A DNA stretch of 64,000 nucleotides from NCBI GenBank assembly GCA_964016885.1, contig OZ024742.1:346890001-346954000 (forward strand), read 5' to 3'. The notes under the pieces were generated by a model. That model ran no database searches. It worked only from the letters and a program-made list of their open reading frames with translations, and had not been told where the DNA came from. Made by a program: the position numbers and the translations under genes. The DNA comes from Eledone cirrhosa. Its lineage: Eukaryota. Below are positions 14,221 to 26,035 of this stretch, in pieces. Numbering within the stretch: the stretch's first letter is position 1; each line of letters begins with the position of its first letter.

Positions 14221-15768
14221 ATGAGCGGTGAAACACTTACGGCACAGCTCCGCATCTTTCCATCTCAACTTTCACAGATCCAATGAGCGGTGAAACACTT
14301 ACGGCACAGCTCCGCATCTTTCCATCTCAACTTTCACAGATCCAATGAGCGGTGAAACACTTACGGCACAGCTCTGCATCTTTCCATCTCAACTTTCACA
14401 GATCCAATGAGCGGTGAAACACTTACGGCACAGCTCCGCATCTTTCCATCTCAACTTTCACAGATCCAATGAGCGGTGAAACACTTACGGCACAGCTCTG
14501 CATCTTTCCATCTCAACTTTCACAGATCCAATGAGCGGTGAAACACTTACGGCACAGCTCCGCATCTTTCCATCTCAACTTTCACAGATCCAATGAGCGG
14601 TGAAACACTTACGGCACAGCTCCGCATCTTTCCATCTCAACTTTCACAGATCCAATGAGCGGTGAAACACTTACGGCACAGCTCCGCATCTTTCCATCTC
14701 AACTTTCACAGATCCAATGAGCGGTGAAACACTTACGGCACAGCTCCGCATCTTTCCATCTCAACTTTCACAGATCCAATGAGCGGTGAAACACTTACGG
14801 CACAGCCGCGCATCTTTCCATCTCAACTTTCACAGATCCAATGAGCGGTGAAACACTTACGGCACAGCCCCGCATCTTTCCATCTCAACTTTCACAGATC
14901 CAATGAGCGGTGAAACACTTACGGCACAGCTCTGCATCTTTCCATCTCAACTTTCACAGATCCAATGAGCGGTGAAACACTTACGGCACAGCTCCGCATC
15001 TTTCCATCTCAACTTTCACAGATCCAATGAGCGGTGAAACACTTACGGCACAGCTCTGCATCTTTCCATCTCAACTTTCACAGATCCAATGAGCGGTGAA
15101 ACACTTACGGCACAGCTCCGCATCTTTCCATCTCAACTTTCACAGATCCAATGAGCGGTGAAACACTTACGGCACAGCCCCGCATCTTTCCATCTCAACT
15201 TTCACAGATCCAATGAGCGGTGAAACACTTACGGCACAGCTCCGCATCTTTCCATCTCAACTTTCACAGATCCAATGAGCGGTGAAACACTTACGGCACA
15301 GCTCCGCATCTTTCCATCTCAACTTTCACAGATCCAATGAGCGGTGAAACACTTACGGCACAGCCCCGCATCTTTCCATCTCAACTTTCACAGATCCAAT
15401 GAACGGTGAAACACTTACGGTACAGCCCCGCATCTTTCCATCTCAACTTTCACAGATCCAATGAGCGGTGAAACACTTACGGCACAGCTCCGCATCTTTC
15501 CATCTCAACTTTCACAGATCCAATGAGCGGTGAAACACTTACGGCACAGCCCCACATCTTTCCATCTCAACTTTCACAGATCCAATGAGCGGTGAAACAC
15601 TTACGGCACAGCCCCACATCTTTCCATCTCAACTTTCACAGATCCAATGAGCGGTGAAACACTTACGGCACAGCCCCACATCTTTCCATCTCAACTTTCA
15701 CAGATCCAATGAGCGGTGAAACACTTACGGCACAGCCCCGCATCTTTCCATCTCAACTTTCACAGATC
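14221..15768. repeat. 62-bp tandem repeat, 25 near-identical copies
   Basis: Unit ATGAGCGGTGAAACACTTACGGCACAGCTCCGCATCTTTCCATCTCAACTTTCACAGATCCA. Copies start at 14221+62n and the last starts at 15709. Confidence 0.97.
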
Positions 15769-15839
15769 ATAACAATTGTAAAACCGTCCAAGTTATTGTC
15801 AATAAATCTTTTTAAATACTTCAAGCATATTTTCAATTT

Positions 15840-16465
<626 letters not shown>

Positions 16466-16554
16466 ACTTCCTTTTCCGCTTCATCTAAGTCTTCGGGTAT
16501 TAAAGAAAAAAAAAAAAAAAAAAAGCACAAAGAATGGTAATGTGTTAATGGCTT

Positions 16555-16885
16555 CTTGTGGTTTGCCCATGTCTATCTTGTGGTTTGCCCATGTCTATCT
16601 TGTGGTTTGCCGATGTCTATCTTGTGGTTTGCCGATGTCTATCTTGTGGTTTGCCCATGTCTATCTTGTGGTTTGCCCATGTCTATCTTGTGGTTTGCCG
16701 ATGTCTATCTTGTTGTTTGCCGATGTCTATCTTGTGGTTTGCCCATGTCTATCTTGTGGTTTGCCCATGTCTATCTTGTGGTTTGCCGATGTCTATCTTG
16801 TGGTTTGCCGATGTCTATCTTGTGGTTTGCCCATGTCTATCTTGTGGTTTGCCCATGTCTATCTTGTGGTTTGCCCATGTCTATC
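16555..16885. repeat. 22-bp minisatellite, about 15 copies
   Basis: Unit CTTGTGGTTTGCC(C/G)ATGTCTAT. Confidence 0.95.
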
Positions 16886-17007
16886 AAGTCAGACACCTCC
16901 GCAGAATAAGACAAACTTTCCTCCATAACAGAGATTGCAGACATCATGCAGGAGACTGAGATAAGCTTTTAATGGCTGGTCTATCATTTGCCGACATACA
17001 AATAACT

Positions 17008-17145
17008 GGTACTCCGTCGGTTACGACGACGAGTGTTCCAGTTGATACTATCACGTGAAATTAACGTGTAAGTGACTGGGCATTCTACTGATACGTGTAC
17101 ACTTAACGTAGCTCTCAGGGAGATTCAGTGTGATATTGAATGTGA
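17008..17145 (-). mobile_element. 3' fragment of the SINE at 17230-17548, inverted
   Basis: ACTCCGTCGGTTACGACGACGAGTGTTCCAGTTGA is the near reverse complement of 17509-17545. Confidence 0.7.
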
Positions 17146-17229
17146 CTTCCAACCACAAAACGCTAACCACAAAACTATGCTCCTTCACCGATATATAGAT
17201 ACAGCTAATATAAATGTCCATATGTGAAT

Positions 17230-17548
17230 GCGGGTGGCTTTGTGGTTAAGGTATTCGGCTCTCAACTGTAAGGTCGTGAGTTCGATTCCCGACGGCGTAT
17301 TGTGTTCTTCAGCAATACACTTTATTTCACATTGCTCCAGTTCACTCAGCTGACAATAATGAGTTGTACCTGTAATTCGAAAGGCCTGTCTTTTCACATT
17401 CTGTGTCACGCTGAATCTCCCTGAGAGCTACGTTAAGGGCACACGTATCTGTCGAATACTCAGCCGCTAACACGTTAATTTCACAAGCAGGCTGTTCCGT
17501 TGATCGGCTCAACTGGAACACTCATCGTCGTAACCGACGGAGTGCCAG
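17230..17548 (+). mobile_element. tRNA-derived SINE (CORE/V-like centre; octopus OK-type)
   Basis: A-box-like TGGCTTTGTGG and B-box GAGTTCGATTCCC, followed by GTGTTCTTCAGCAATACACTTTATTTCAC, which is shared with the copy at 19003. Confidence 0.7.
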
Positions 17549-17641
17549 AAATATAAATGTCCATATAAAATAAGGAAATCACGGCACATCTCAACATCAC
17601 ATTTCACATGTTTCCATTAAAAAGAAACCCCAGGAAACATT

Positions 17642-17817
17642 TCATACTCGACATCTGACGTCATACTGACATCTTACGTCATACTCGACATATGCCGTCA
17701 TACTCGACATCTGACATCATACTCGATATCTGACGTCATACCCGACATCTGACGTCATACTCGACATCTGACGTCATACTGACATCTGACGTTTTACTCG
17801 ACATCTGACGTCATACT
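17642..17817. repeat. 19-bp minisatellite, about 9 copies
   Basis: Unit TCATACTCGACATCTGACG. Confidence 0.9.
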
Positions 17818-17884
17818 TTCCATTTTATTTCCTCCATCCCATCACCGGAGTTGGAGGATTTCTAACAGTCGAAGTAACAAGAGA

Positions 17885-18478
17885 TTACAGACGAGATCCA
17901 GTGATGGACCACTATTGCTTCGCACCGCCATTGTTACAGACGAGATCTCGTGATGGACTACTATTGGTAGCCACCGCCATTGTTACACACGAGATCTCGT
18001 GATGGACCACTATTGCTTCCCATCGCCATTGTTACAAACGAGATCTCGTGATGGACCACTATTGCTTCCCATCGCCATTGTTACAAACGAGATCTTCTGA
18101 TGGACCACTATTGGTTCCCACCGCCATTGTCACAGACGAGATCTCGTGATAGACCACTATTGGTTCCCACCGCCATTGTTACAGACGAGATCTCATGATG
18201 GACCACTATTGCTTCTCACCGCCATTGTTACAGACGAGATCTCGTGATGGACCACTATTGCTTCCCATCGCCATTGTTACAAACGAGATCTTCTGATGGA
18301 CCACTATTGGTTCCCACCGCCATTGTTACAGACGAAATCTCGTGATGGACCACTATTGGTTCCCACCGCCATTGTTACAGACGAGATCTCGTGATGGACC
18401 ACTGTTGGTTCCCGCTGCCATTGTTACAGACGAGATCTCGTGATGGACCACTATTGGTAGCCGCCGCCATTGTTACAG
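17885..18478. repeat. 49-bp minisatellite, about 12 copies
   Basis: Unit TTACAGACGAGATCTCGTGATGGACCACTATTGGTTCCCACCGCCATTG. Confidence 0.93.
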
Positions 18479-18649
18479 TTGTTGGAGCAACTGAACAGCC
18501 TGCTCGTGAAATTAACATGTAAGTGACTAAGAATTTCACAGACACGTGTACCCATTAACTAACTTCTCAGGGAGATTTGGCGTAACTATGTGTGTCATGG
18601 TTGACTTTCATGGTTAAATATGAGTATATTATATTGGTAGTCCTCGTGT

Positions 18650-18840
18650 GCGATGGATTGTCAATGATCGGTAGAGCGTAGGACAACATGCGTTGTTACG
18701 TTCTGAGTTCAAATCTCGCCCAGGTGAGCTTAGCCTTTCATCCTTACGGGCTCGATAAAATAAAGTACCAGTAACGTACTGGTGTCGGTTGAATCGAATT
18801 TCCCTTTCACTAAAATTGTTGGTCTTGTGCCTAAATCAGA
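18650..18840 (+). mobile_element. SINE, Meta-like family
   Basis: GAGTTCAAATCTCGCC...GCCTTTCATCCTTACGGGCTCGATAAAATAAAGTACCAG. Confidence 0.7.
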
Positions 18841-18892
18841 AAGCATTATATTGGTACTCAAGTTCCACCTGTGTTAATGGCTCTTTTCTTTC

Positions 18893-18910
18893 GTGTGTGT
18901 GTATATATAA

Positions 18911-19001
<91 letters not shown>
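18893..19001. repeat. (TA)n/(TG)n microsatellite
   Basis: Read directly. Confidence 0.95.
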
Positions 19002-19002
<1 letters not shown>

Positions 19003-19003
<1 letters not shown>

Positions 19004-19115
19004 GGCGTGTGGCTGAGTGGTTAGGGAATTGGATTCACAATCGTGAGGTTGTGAGTTCGATTCCTGGACCGGGCGATGCGTTATGTACTTGAGCAAGACA
19101 CTTTATTTCATGTTT
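19003..19115 (+). mobile_element. tRNA-derived SINE head
   Basis: TGGCTGAGTGGTT (A box), GAGTTCGATTCC (B box), then CTTGAGCAAGACACTTTATTTCA. Confidence 0.7.
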
Positions 19116-19227
19116 CTCCTTCTACCTGGAGTTGCGACCTGGAAAGACCGACGAAAACATTGTTTCCTCGGTCTGATTTGACGAAAGACGATCGATCCTT
19201 TTATATATATATATATATATATATATA

Positions 19228-19653
19228 CACGTGGGAAAGTAAAAAATCGGAGAATAGACCGTTAAAACATGTTTATTTAAAATATCACCTACGTACGTTT
19301 CGCCCAGTTGGGCTTCTCAAGGGCATAAATAATCACAAGTGTTCCTTATATTGCTCGGAATATTCAGAGCAATATAAGGAACACTTGTGATTATTTATGC
19401 CCTTGAGAAGCCCAACTGGGCGAAACGTACGTAGGTGATATTTTAAATAAACATGTTTTAACGGTCTATTCTCCGATTTTTTTACTTTCCCACGTGCTTA
19501 CGCTCTGCTAACTCTCTAGCCCACTAAATATTAACACTTCGAATATTTAATACTGCCGGCACTAGTATCGAGCACCTTTGGCATACGCTACTTGGCAAAT
19601 AACTATATGTATCACCTATCCCCCCTTTTTTTCTCTTTCTCGATACGTAAATA

Positions 19654-19655
<2 letters not shown>
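19228..19655 (+). mobile_element. Penelope-like terminal fragment with inverted duplication (palindrome 19228-19496), embedded in (TA)n
   Basis: Arms of about 134 bp differ by one indel and one near-centre mismatch. It contains a minimal hammerhead-like motif followed by AATAAA. The family assignment is inferred. Confidence 0.6.
19401..19435 (+). ncRNA. Minimal type-I hammerhead ribozyme-like motif (U3-A8 core variant)
   Basis: CC-TTGAGAA-GCCC[AACT]GGGC-GAAAC[GTAC]GTA-GG. Confidence 0.55.
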
Positions 19656-19685
<30 letters not shown>

Positions 19686-19856
19686 GAACTGGTCATTCCG
19701 TTTAGTTAGCCATGATGCAATCCAAATGTGATGATGTCTCCAGGGTCTTTCGTAACGAAGCCAGTGAAATATGTATAGTGTTTTTGCAAGAATAAAACTT
19801 TAAAAGGATATCCCCAGTCCGGCCTGCTGTTATTTTAATCAAATTTATATATATAT

Positions 19857-19937
<81 letters not shown>

Positions 19938-19941
<4 letters not shown>

Positions 19942-20228
19942 GTATAAAATCAATACAATATTATTACCTCATTACCAGAGGTTTCCCGAATGAGGCGAAT
20001 ACGAAATAAACGACTTCATTCGTTCGTCAGACGAGGCAATATCGAGTTATTGCCTCGTCTGACGAACGAATGAAGTCGTTTATTTCGTATTCGCCTCATT
20101 CGGGAAACCTCTGGTAATGAGGTAATAATATTGTATTGATTTTATACATTAAATTTTGCTCTGATACTGACATAGAGCACTCTTCATTTCTATGACCTTT
20201 TCTGTTTCTAACTGAAATTTCAATACCT
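19938..20228 (+). mobile_element. Second palindromic element (104-bp arms 19938-20041 and 20048-20151) in (TA)n, probably Penelope-like
   Basis: Arms are apparently exact reverse complements around a 6-nt spacer TCGAGT. It contains a CTGACGA...GAAAC core. Confidence 0.55.
20057..20126 (+). ncRNA. Hammerhead ribozyme-like motif
   Basis: CTGACGA (20059-65); stem II CGAATGA/TCATTCG; GAAA (20104-07); stem III CCTC/GAGG; GTA triplet. The A-G mismatch at the base of stem II and the weak stem I lower confidence. Confidence 0.45.
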
Positions 20229-20814
20229 ATATATATATATATATAACTAAAAATGTTTTTCCTGTGGAAATCATACTTACATGAAATTGTATATGTGTGT
20301 GCGTCTGTGTGGTAGCTAAATCTCTCTGAAACAGCAGCCTCATTATTCTTGAAAAAAGAACTGAATGCTTTCGGTTATAAGTTATTCACGGTCAAAGTTG
20401 ACCAGTGACTAAATAAAGGTTTTAGCTGTATTAATATCAATCTCATCTCAAAACATTTCTACACTTACAACAATCTCTACCAGTGTTTCACCAACTGATA
20501 TTTGATGAATTTCACATTTAAATTCTCAACTTAGAACGCAACAAGTTTGTCGAGCTATGTATGGCAACTAAAGGAAAACACGCAAACTTTTGAAATGTCA
20601 TTTTTCATTTTTGCCTACAGCTGGAAATATATCACGGGGAGAACTTTCGGTAATATATATACTTTATTTTATTTTAAACGTCACAGTAAACTTTATACTG
20701 AAGCATTTCCTTCGTAAAGTAATAGAGAAGAAAAATTATAATATGAACTAAACATTGGAAACATGACCTTCAAATTAATATCTAATTGACGTCATGAATA
20801 AATGTTATGTATTC

Positions 20815-21002
20815 GGTGGATTGGCAGTATCGGTATAAGATCGAACACCATGCTTTGACGCATAGAGTTATGGCCCTTGCCATTCTGAGTTCAAATCCCG
20901 CCGAAGTTAACTTTGCCTTTCATCCTTGCGGGGTCGATAAAATAATGTACCAGTAATGCACTGGGATAATTGCTGGCCTTGTGCCAAAAAGTAGAAACAA
21001 TT
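20815..21002 (+). mobile_element. SINE, Meta-like family, near full length
   Basis: GGTGGATTGGCAGTATCGGT...GAGTTCAAATCCCGCCG...GCCTTTCATCCTTGCGGGGTCGATAAAA...GCTGGCCTTGTGCCAAAAAGTAGAAAC. Confidence 0.75.
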
Positions 21003-21096
21003 ATTTAATTATTTAAAAGCTACATAAACTTAAATAGTCTGCAAGATATACACCGCTGCCAAGTTTACCAACTTTCAAACCAAATAGGTCATCAGT

Positions 21097-21513
21097 TTTC
21101 TCTCTCTTTCTTTCTCTCTCTCTCTCACTCTCTCTCTCTTTATATCTCTCTCTCTCTTTCTCTTTCTCTCTTTCTGTCTCCCCCTCTCTCTCACTCTCTC
21201 CCTCTCTATCTCCCTCTCTCTCGGTGTCTCTCTTTCTCTCACACACACATACTCTCTCTCTCACACACACACACACACACATACTCTCTCCCTCTCTCTC
21301 TCTCATTCTCTCTCATTCTCTCACTTTCTCTCTCTCGGCCCTTCTCTCTCTCTCTCAGCCTCTCTCTCTCTCACACTCTCTCTCGTACAATCTCTCTCTT
21401 CCTCTCTCTCTCCCACTCCCTCTCTTTCTCTTTCTCTCCCGGCCTCTCTCTCTCTCTCTATCTCTATGTATCTATCTATCTATCTCTCACTCTCTCTCCC
21501 TCTCTCTCTCAGC

Positions 21514-21549
<36 letters not shown>

Positions 21550-21573
21550 TACACTCTCTCTCTCTACCTCCCT

Positions 21574-21647
<74 letters not shown>
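21097..21647. repeat. (CT)n-rich microsatellite
   Basis: Read directly. Confidence 0.95.
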
Positions 21648-21649
<2 letters not shown>

Positions 21650-21725
21650 AAATTCTCATAAAAACCTTAATCCTAATTTACGTTGCTGCAAAATTTGTCC
21701 CGCGGCATACTCCATATTTGCCTCA

Positions 21726-21979
21726 GACACAGACACACGTACACACACACACACACATGTACACGTACACACATAAATATGTGGGTGGGTGTGTATGTAT
21801 ATACATATATATGTATATGCATGAATGTATGTATGTACGTATGTGTGAATGTGTGTATGTATGCATGTATGTATGTATTTATGTATGTATATATGTATGT
21901 ATGCATGTATGTATGTATATATGTATGTATGTGTGTATGTATGCATGTATGTACATATTTATGTATGCCTGTACATATG

Positions 21980-22010
<31 letters not shown>

Positions 22011-22070
22011 ATATATGTATCTATGTATGCATGTATGTATGTAGGTATGTTTATATGTATGTGTATATGT
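21726..22070. repeat. (CA)n/(TATG)n microsatellite
   Basis: Read directly. Confidence 0.92.
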
Positions 22071-22262
22071 GAACTATACCTTCAGATTTATGCCTGTGAT
22101 TATTAGGCCATGTGGTATGTTAGTAACTGCCTCAATACAAATCTTGAGAAGCTGGGCTTCACAGGAAGAGAAAGAACACAACTAGTTAGGAAATTACAAG
22201 TACAATCCATTAATGGAACAGTAAAATATCAAAACATTCTAAAAATGTTACATCTAATAACT
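22070..22262 (+). mobile_element. 3' end fragment of an RLE-type LINE (shorter second copy at about 23238-23315)
   Basis: Translates as NYTFRFMPVII...YVSNCLNTNLEKLGF...VRKLQVQSINGTVK, similar to the IPVVVGALG-type C-terminus of RLE elements. The 3' part recurs at 23238. Confidence 0.5.
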
Positions 22263-22484
22263 GCATATACACACGTACAGATACAAAGCGTATTCACATG
22301 CACACATACAACTGAAAACACACACATCCACACATACGATAACATCCATATCTGCACACACACACACGCATGCATGCAGACATACATACATATCTACCTA
22401 GTTTATGTTGTGTAAATTCCAATGAGAGTCTTGTGTCTATGTTAGACACCGACTCTCTCTCTATTGGTAAACATTTGTGAAATA

Positions 22485-22678
22485 ATTGTTTCTACTTTTG
22501 GCACAAGGCCAGCAATTATCCCAGTGTATTACTGCTACTTTATTTTATCGACCCCGTAAGGATGAAAGGTAAAGTTAACCTCGGCGGGATTTGAACTCAG
22601 AATGGCAAGGGCCGTAACTCTATGCCTCAAAGCATGGCGTCCGACCCTCTACCGATACCGATACAGCCAATCCACCGT
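22485..22678 (-). mobile_element. SINE, Meta-like family
   Basis: Near reverse complement of 20815-21002. Confidence 0.75.
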
Positions 22679-22779
22679 CAATTTGAAAGCAGAACATACA
22701 CACATACATACATAAATACATGATGGCTGCCCTCTCATTATCGAGTATGACCATTGCACGATATACCATTATTAATAGT

Positions 22780-22950
22780 TATTGGCAGTATCGGTAGAGG
22801 GTCGGACGCCATGCTTTCCAGCATAGTTACGTCCCTTTACGATCTGAGTTCAAATCCCGCCGAGGTTGACTTTGCCTTTCATCCTTACGGGGTCGATAAA
22901 ATAAAGTACTGGGTAATTGCTGGCCTTGTCCCTAACGTAGTAACAATTAT
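22780..22950 (+). mobile_element. SINE, Meta-like family
   Basis: Same core as 20815-21002. Confidence 0.75.
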
Positions 22951-23529
22951 TAATAGTTATTAATTTATTCTATCATGCAATACCTCTGCGTGAAGATATT
23001 TTTTAAAGTGAGGAAAAACTGTGCACTGAGCTAATCCCACTCTCTGAGCAACAGTAGCTATAATCCGAAAAGAAGAAAAGATCAACATCATCGGTTACTA
23101 CTGAGCCGCAGGTTTTATATCGGAGTTGTCAAAGGCTAGGAGTACTTCAATCCCAGTGGTTTAACCGCGCGGTAGATGTGTATATACATATTTACACACT
23201 TTCGGATGGCCTTTGACTCTTATGAGTTCTTCCGCCCTTAGGAAATTACAAGTACAATCCATTAATGGAACAGTAAAAATATCAAAACATTCTAAAAATT
23301 TTGCATCTAATTACTGCATGTGCAGATGTACATACATTCATACATACATGATGGCTGCAAACTCTGCTAAGAGTACTGCAATATATATATATATATACAA
23401 ATATAAATTAGCGAGGATCGTATTTCGGCTATTGGAAATTAGCTAAAGACACCTTCTGAGGAGTGAGGCAAGCGCTGCATAGAAGCTAGTGTTCTAGAGC
23501 AACAACGTAAGTTAAGAGGCCAAACACAC

Positions 23530-26035
23530 AAGAAACAGCTCACCTTGAAGAACAAACATGGGAAAATATAACAGTTGAACAGCTGCGCTTGGCTCTAAGA
23601 AAAACCAGCAAATGGAAATCCCCAGGAAAAGACAAAATACAAAACTTTTGGATAAATGCCTTCACAGAGTCTCATGAGCTGTTAGCCCAACTTTACAATG
23701 AAATAGTTAAGGAGCCAGAAAAGATACCATCATGGCTAGTTAACGGCATTACATTCCTGCTACCGAAGAATGATGAGACAAACAATCCCAAAAATTACAG
23801 ACCGATAACCTGCTTGACCACAATGTATAAAATGTTAACATCAGTCCTAACTGAATACACATATGACCACCTGATAACAAATGACCTATTTCCCATTGAG
23901 CAGAAAGGGTGTAAACGAGGCTCATATGGCTGTAAGGATCAGCTTCTGGTTAACAAAATGATACTGGAAGATTGTCATAATAGACACAAAAATCTATCGA
24001 TTGCTTGGATAGATTATAAAAAAAGCATTCGATAGTTTGCCACACAGTTGGATTGAAAAATGTTTAGAGATTTTCAAAATATCCCCCGTTGTCAGGAGGT
24101 TTTTGTCATCCAGTATGGGGACATGGAGAACGACACTCCTTTTGAATAGTGAAACAAAATCACTGGAAGCTGGAGAAGTTAACATTAATTGTGGAATTTT
24201 TCAGGGTGACTCTTTATCACCGCTTTTATTCTGCATCGCACTTATACCATTAAGTAAAATGCTCAATGAAACAAAACATGGATATAGAGTCTATGACAAA
24301 ACCATTAATCACCTGTTCTACATGGATGACCTGAAACTATTTGCAAAAAATGATGAACAATTGCAAGGGCTATTATCCACTGTGAAGCAGTTCAGTGATG
24401 ACATTAAAATGGAGTTTGGACTGGATAAATGCGCCAAAGCAACGTTCACCAGAGGAAAGCTGCTGAAGAGTTCAGACATTAATCTTGATCGGGGGAACGT
24501 GATAAGAGCGCTTGATCAAGAAAAAACTTACAAATATCTAGGTGTTTGTGAAGGAGACGGAATCAAGCACTCGACAATGAGGGAAAGGATAAGGAAGGAA
24601 TGTTACCGCAGAGTCAGAGCAATCTTAAGAACGGAATTGAATGCAAGGAATAGGATCGATGCCATAAACACGCTTGCCACACCAGTAGTAACCTACAGTT
24701 ACAATGTCATCAACTGGTCAAGCACAGAGATCCGTAGGCTCGATACAAAAATCCGAAAATTCTTAACCATGCACAGAATGCATCACCCTAAGGCAGACAT
24801 AGATAGAATATATCTCCCTAGGAAAGAAGGAGGACGTGGGTTAGTCCAGTTAGACATTGCGTTGAAAACTGCAACAATTGGATTATCCACATATCTAAGG
24901 GAATCACATGATTGGATGATCAAACTCGTTTTGAAACACGAAAGCACCAAAAGATCATATTCCATTACAAAAGATGCACAAAGATACAGTAATGGACTAC
25001 AAATTTCAGAAGTCCCATTTACTGCTGAAATGGAAAACACAGAAAAAGCAAAGCAGGTAAAAGTAACTGCAAAGAAAGAACTGCTACAGAAACTGGCTAA
25101 GAAATGGCAAGAAAAGCCTCTGTATGGAAACTACCCAGAGCGAGCTAACAATCCTGATGTTGACAAAACTTTAACCCATCAGTGGTTGGCATCCTCTGGA
25201 CTGAAATCGGAGACTGAAGGACTGATTATATCGGCACAAGATCAGTGTCTGCCAACAAAAAATTACCAAGCCAACATAATAAAAAATGGGTGCAGCCCAT
25301 TATGCCGTGTATGCAAAAAACAACCAGAGACCATTGACCATATAATTTCAATGTGCAGTCCTATAGCTCCAACCGAATACCTAAACAGGCATGACAGAGC
25401 TGCACAATACATACATTGGATAATGTGTAAGCATTTTGACCTGCCCCATCAAAAGAATTGGTGGGAGCATCAACCACCTCCCATACTTGAAAAAGATCAC
25501 ATCTCAATCTTGTGGAACTTTAGCATCCAAACAGACCGAAAAATAGATGCAAATAGACCTGATATAATATTGAAGGACTTTCAAAGGAGGGTATGCCTGC
25601 TAATTGATATGTCTGTTCCAATAGACAAGAATGTATCTATAAAAACATTTGAAAAATTGAGCAAGTATAAGGACCTGGAGATAGAAATTGGAAAAATGTG
25701 GAAATTGAGAACTAAAACAATACCAGTGGTTGTAGGCGCTCTGGGAATGATACCTAAGGGGTCTAACGACTACTTATCGCAAATCCCAGGAAACCCGCGT
25801 ATAGGAGAAATACAAAAGATAGTACTAATGGGAACTGCCCATATACTAAGGAAGATCCTGTCAATATAAGTACATCACAAGTCTAAACACTAAGGATGCA
25901 TGTGTGAATATATATGTTCTTTCTTGAACATGGCGGACCTTGTTGTCTCTTGAGGTCACTGGTTGTGACTTGGTAATAACTCGTATGAACATAAAGCAAG
26001 ATAAATGCAGCTATAATAATAATAATAATAATAAT
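23530..26035 (+). mobile_element. 5'-truncated Dong/R4-like RLE non-LTR retrotransposon (family A, copy 1) with (TAA)n tail
   Basis: RT motifs YRPITCL, IFQGDSLSP and YMDD; CCHC knuckle CRVC...H...C; RHD; RPD...LID...KY endonuclease. Identity to 38349 onward starts at 23530. Confidence 0.92.
23589..25869 (+). pseudogene. RT-RLE polyprotein with a +1 frameshift in the A-run at about 24018-24025
   Basis: ORFs 23589-24035 and 24037-25869 join into the reading frame seen in copy 2 (IDYKKAFDSLPH). Confidence 0.9.

Noticed and set aside
14221-15768. CRISPR array or tandem hammerheads
   Set aside because: No unique spacers, no cas genes and a eukaryotic context. CAATGA-GCGGT-GAAAC lacks the CUGA core and a stem II.
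17230-19080. tRNA genes at 17230 and 19003
   Set aside because: A and B boxes are present, but the sequences continue into SINE bodies and I could not fold a convincing cloverleaf.
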